From: Spirochaetia bacterium
GTDB lineage: Bacteria > Spirochaetota > Spirochaetia > UBA9216
Reading direction: 5' to 3'
NCBI GenBank assembly: GCA_965140585.1
Contig: OZ223269.1
Span: 1,243,981-1,307,980, forward strand
DNA: 64,000 nt
Below the pieces are notes generated by a model that searched no databases, was not told the origin of the DNA, and saw only the letters and a program-made list of their open reading frames with translations. Positions 60,235 through 64,000 of the stretch are shown piece after piece. Each line of letters starts with the position of its first letter. Within the stretch, counting starts at the first letter, position 1. A program made the position numbers and the translations under genes.

Positions 60235-60319
60235 GCCGAAGTGGTGGAATAGGTAGACACAGGGGACTTAAAATCCCCCGGCTGTATAAGCTGTACGAGT
60301 TCAAGTCTCGTCTTCGGTA
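60235..60319 (+). tRNA. tRNA-Leu(TAA), CCA not encoded
   Basis: GCCGAAG/CTTCGGT acceptor, GGGGA-CT-TAA-AA-TCCCC, long variable arm, GTTCAAGT; promoter TTGACC-17-TAGTAT upstream. Confidence 0.97.
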
Positions 60320-60321
60320 CT

Positions 60322-60350
60322 TATAAACCCTTACTCTGTAAGGGTTTATA
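60322..60350 (+). terminator. Hairpin just 3' of tRNA-Leu
   Basis: TATAAACCCTTAC-TCT-GTAAGGGTTTATA. Confidence 0.75.
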
Positions 60351-60435
60351 GATTCAACACATCGACTACTTTACGAAAAAGCGTCGTATAAAAACAGTAA
60401 GTGACACCAAAGTGTAGTCACGGGGAGTTTTTACG

Positions 60436-60515
60436 ATGCTTGAACAGTATCCTTTCAAAGTTTATAAACGCACTCTAAAGACCGGAAAACAGGTTTATTA
60501 TGTCCGGTTCCTCTT
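60436..60515 (+). pseudogene. Integrase N-terminal stub
   Basis: GGGGAG SD; MLEQYPFKVYKRTLKTGKQVYYVRF resembles arm-binding N-termini of tyrosine integrases; adjacent to tRNA. Confidence 0.5.
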
Positions 60516-60540
60516 AACCAGCCCTATGGTAACAGAAAGT

Positions 60541-61074
60541 TTATTTTGTTTTTACAGCTGTACCGCTGACAGACAGCATCATCATATGCTCAGCATATTC
60601 ATCAAAATCAATTGTAATACCAACAACTGCGTCAGCTCCAAGTTTTAATGCTTCCTCTTTTAATTCTTCTAATGCCTGCTTTCGCATTTGTCCCATTGTT
60701 TTCTGTAGTTGTTCAGATCTGCCTCCAACAACATTACGAACACTAGCAAAAACGTCTTTAAATATATTTATACCTGCTAAAACTTCAGAACCAATGACAC
60801 CTATATATTTAGAAATTTCTCGAAATTCTATAGTTGGAGTTGTAGTTAAAATCATACTCTCAGATTGATTTTTCATTTCAGCTTGATTCTCTTCATTTTT
60901 AATAGTTTCCCGCACCGAATTTCCGATAACTGTTTTCAACTCATCCTCATCAGAATATTTCAATTTACAATTAGGACAAACAATATATTCAGTTCCTCCA
61001 ATGTCTACCGTTTTTGAATTACTTTTTTCATAATAAGAAACTAAACTTTTACCACAAATACTGCATTCACTCAT
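60541..61074 (-). CDS. YbjQ/UPF0145-family protein with N-terminal zinc ribbon
   Basis: CSIC...CPNC; ILTTTP, RNVVGGRS, LGADAVVG, VSGTAV. Confidence 0.88.
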   Translation of the reverse strand: MSECSICGKSLVSYYEKSNSKTVDIGGTEYIVCPNCKLKYSDEDELKTVIGNSVRETIKNEENQAEMKNQSESMILTTTPTIEFREISKYIGVIGSEVLAGINIFKDVFASVRNVVGGRSEQLQKTMGQMRKQALEELKEEALKLGADAVVGITIDFDEYAEHMMMLSVSGTAVKTK

Positions 61075-61190
61075 TATATTACCTCAGGTTTTTATTAAAT
61101 TATAAGTTTGTTTCATTAAAATAACATTGCACTTCCATAAAAAGAAAGTATTTATAAAATTGCCACTATGACCAGAATAGATCCTTTTGT

Positions 61191-62621
61191 CTATACCTCA
61201 ATTGGATCTGAGGATTCTACGGATGGTGCTACAGCTATTTCTAAAGTATCTCCGGAATCAACATTATCTATATTTTTAAGTTCGCGATTTTCATTGATTT
61301 TTGGGGCGGGAGCTTCATATTTAGATAAGTTTTGTACAATTCCCGTATAAAAATCTATAAGCATCTCTTCAATGATTTTCACGAAATTTTTTCTATTTGA
61401 GAATTGTTTACCGAAGTCTTTGAAGTAGATTACTGTAAAATCTTTAACCTCTTTATCTTTGAATTCACTTGCAATTGATTCATTATTTGAAAATGGAACT
61501 CGCTGTGAATTACTATAATTCTTAATAGAAATATCAACAAAAATTTCATGTGAGATCTTATGAAAATCTTCTGAATTTTTCTTTAAACAATAATCAAATT
61601 GCTTTTTTTAACCAACCAAATTGCCCTCTAACTGTTTTATCAGCAGGAGCTTTAAGATCAACCGACATCTCAACAATACGTTTAGTAAACTGTGTATTTA
61701 TTTTAATATCTGATACAGCACCTTTTACTTTTAGAGATGAAATAAGTCGTTTATTCTTTAGTAAATTTTGTTTGTCATTATTGATACGACCTTGTAAATC
61801 ACTCTTATATTTAGCTTCACCTGTAGAAACAAAGATTCCAAGCTTTTTACTTAGTATTAAAGCCATATCCTTTTCTTCTTGTTGCCAGCTCACTACTGTA
61901 TCTTCTAAATCTGAATCTGATAATTTAATAGTTGCACCAGCATTGATTTTATCTACAATCTCTTTCCATCCTGCTTTCATTTGAGTAAAACCAGAAACAC
62001 CGGATTTTTCATTTTCAATATAAAATACGACTTCTTTCATTATTTCAACTTGATCATTATCTTCAATATTTGTGTCATTATCAAATAATAAGATATGGGC
62101 TATCGTTAAAAGGTATGACAAGAAAAATGATACAGATTAAAATTCTTCGGTGATTTTATATTTAAAGGGAATTGAGAAGGTTCAGATACATATTGATTTG
62201 ATACAGTAACAATTCTTTGAACGCCTATTTTTTGTGCAATTTTAATATATTTTTCTATTTGAGATATTTCAAGTTCAGAACTACCATTTTTCATCTCAAA
62301 AATAGCAGCATCACGAATAACACCACTTTTTTACTATTATTAGAAGACCATCAAATCGAGAGTCTTTATCATCCTTAAAGCCAACTTCAATGTAAGCGTA
62401 TAGAGTACCACCTGTCATCATCTTTATATCACTTAAAATCATTCTCCGAAATTCTTTTATAAGTCTAATCGATGAAAGAATAACAGAAGTTAGTGCCATT
62501 TCATCCCCAATTTTATACTTGGTATTAATCTAGCTTCTCTAAGTGTTATGTCTTTACTTTCAATAAGACTATCAAAGTCTACCTTTTTCAATCCAATTAT
62601 TTTATCAACCTTTTTTGCCAT
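61191..62621 (-). pseudogene. Frameshifted ~475-aa protein with PD-(D/E)xK-like motif
   Basis: Fragments rejoin by single-base shifts: EARLIP...SRFDGLLIIV...AAIFEMK...QIEKY...TVSNQ...HFSWSYLLT. Confidence 0.65.
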
Positions 62622-62771
62622 AAACACACCTCATAACAATTTTAAATCCGATCTTGTGTTTTTTCGAGTATTTTTTTGTTATGTAAACATGACAAAAAAT
62701 GAATCTAAAAGTTGATTACAGAGGAGTATGCAACAAGTAATTTTTTACACAAATGCTGTATGTAGGAAAAT

Positions 62772-63088
62772 CTACCCGCAGGAACTGCAGGATGCACATT
62801 TAACCGGCGAACACTCAGAGGTATCTACGTCCTCAGTGATACTTCCGTCATACATTAGCATATTCCACCACATTAGAAGTTCATCAAGCATGATTGCCTG
62901 CTCCTCAATAGGAGCTTCAGTTTTAAGATAAAGGATGGACTGCTCAAATTCATAAAGTTTAAAATTAAAGCCCAGACTTTCGATATGCTTTTAATCGCCC
63001 TGGCATTCTCAAATTCATAAAGTGATCTTCGCATCTCATTATTCGGAGCAATTTCTTTAATAAAGTTCTGTGCATCAATAAACGGCAT
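62772..63088 (-). pseudogene. Nif11-leader-like small protein with Cys-rich tail; one frameshift
   Basis: GGAGG-5-ATG 63088; adding one A at 62989-62992 gives 105 aa ending ECSPVKCASCSSCG. Confidence 0.55.
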
Positions 63089-63271
63089 AATACCCTCCTG
63101 CTTATCTAAAGCAGAATTCATACCAAAGCAGAAATTACTGATTTATTTAAATAATTGATTGCTGAATAACATTTTAACTGAATTTAAATAGATGAGTCCT
63201 GAACTGTAATTTTACATAAATGTGAATACTTACCTATTTGCTACTAAATTGTATGAAATTTCTGGTTTTAA

Positions 63272-64000
63272 TTATCGGGGATCTTTAATTAAAATTGATA
63301 TTTTTGTTCCTTTTGAGCCTTCTATTTTATATTCTCCTTCGATTTGCCTTATCAGAATATAAAGATTTCTTTGCTTACTGGAAATTTTAAATTTATTAAC
63401 AAAAATTATTAATTGAATTTTCGTATGATTAATTATTAAGCATATTTTCAGAAATTTTTATTGAATTAATTATAAGGAATTTTGAAATTTTGTATATTTG
63501 AGAAATCATACTTCTTGATTTAATAGTATTTATTCATTTTAAGTTATATATTATTTCCTGATAATTGTGCTAATTTTTCAATTAATTCTTTCGATAAAAT
63601 ACAGTTAAATTTTATCTCTTTTCATCTAATAAACATTTAGAAACTGATAAAATAGCATAATTAGGTTCAAAATTATTATTTAACATTTCTTTCATGTTAT
63701 TTTAAGGTAAAATAAGTAAAATTGAGAAATCAAATTAATAAAGAAGGTTATTTGAATAAGTATATTTCGTTTTATAGACGCAATCGCATGTTTAATAATT
63801 TTTCAGTTGAAATTCCTTGGATGATAATCTATATTTAGTTCTTCCTTTAAATTACTTAAATATTATTGCAGATTTAAATTTTATTCATCAAGAAATTACT
63901 AATTTTGCAAAATTTCTTGACTTAAGCTTTCAGTATTGGATATCATTTTGTTTTTAAGAAAAATAACTATTCGATGATTTGGAAATCAATATTGTCTTTC
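63272..64000 (-). pseudogene. Heavily degraded gene, possibly a sensor histidine kinase
   Basis: Terminal ILIRQIEGEYKIEGSKGTKISI resembles an HATPase C-terminus; upstream is full of stops. Confidence 0.3.

Larger units (their letters stand above)
60320..64000. mobile_element. Decayed AT-rich genomic island at tRNA-Leu
   Basis: Visible GC drop after tRNA 3' end, integrase-like stub, several frameshifted genes; far boundary outside window. Confidence 0.65.

Overview
Chromosomal window from a spirochaete. The flagellin and the gene order rpsP-khpA-rimM-trmD-rplS-FliK-like-FlhB-like-HD-GYP-yraN and rpmF-acpP-rnc are typical of Spirochaetales; the transport and metabolic genes suggest a free-living anaerobe. 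1-17.9 kb is conserved core (flaB, cca, rnc, acpP, rpmF, coaD, ribosomal/SRP operon, short smc, rnhB, PUR protein). 18-23.7 kb, beside the 3' end of tRNA-Gly(TCC), is accessory: fragments of AraC, DUF3237, esterase, amidohydrolase, MFS and LysR genes, plus intact FNT transporter and Rrf2-qorB genes. 24-60 kb is mixed metabolic and transport genes (pgm, DUF3524 glycosyltransferase, GldAFG-like ABC, K+ channel-DUF5058-amidohydrolase operon, GltS, diguanylate cyclase, ABC importer, UvrD/PcrA, tatD, tcdA). After tRNA-Leu(TAA) at 60.2 kb an AT-rich decayed island begins (integrase stub, frameshifted genes). The most interesting signals are non-coding or missed by the ORF track: a candidate anti-Shine-Dalgarno sRNA, two promoter-embedded inverted repeats that would mask the RBS only on read-through transcripts, a terminated leader before the PUR gene, a FlgM-like microprotein, a CTG-initiated yraN, a 40-aa lipopeptide gene, a DUF2239-pseudoamidase fusion with its own palindrome, a frameshifted Nif11-like Cys-tailed peptide, and widespread leaderless gene starts. 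All family calls are from motif recognition by eye; no searches were run.
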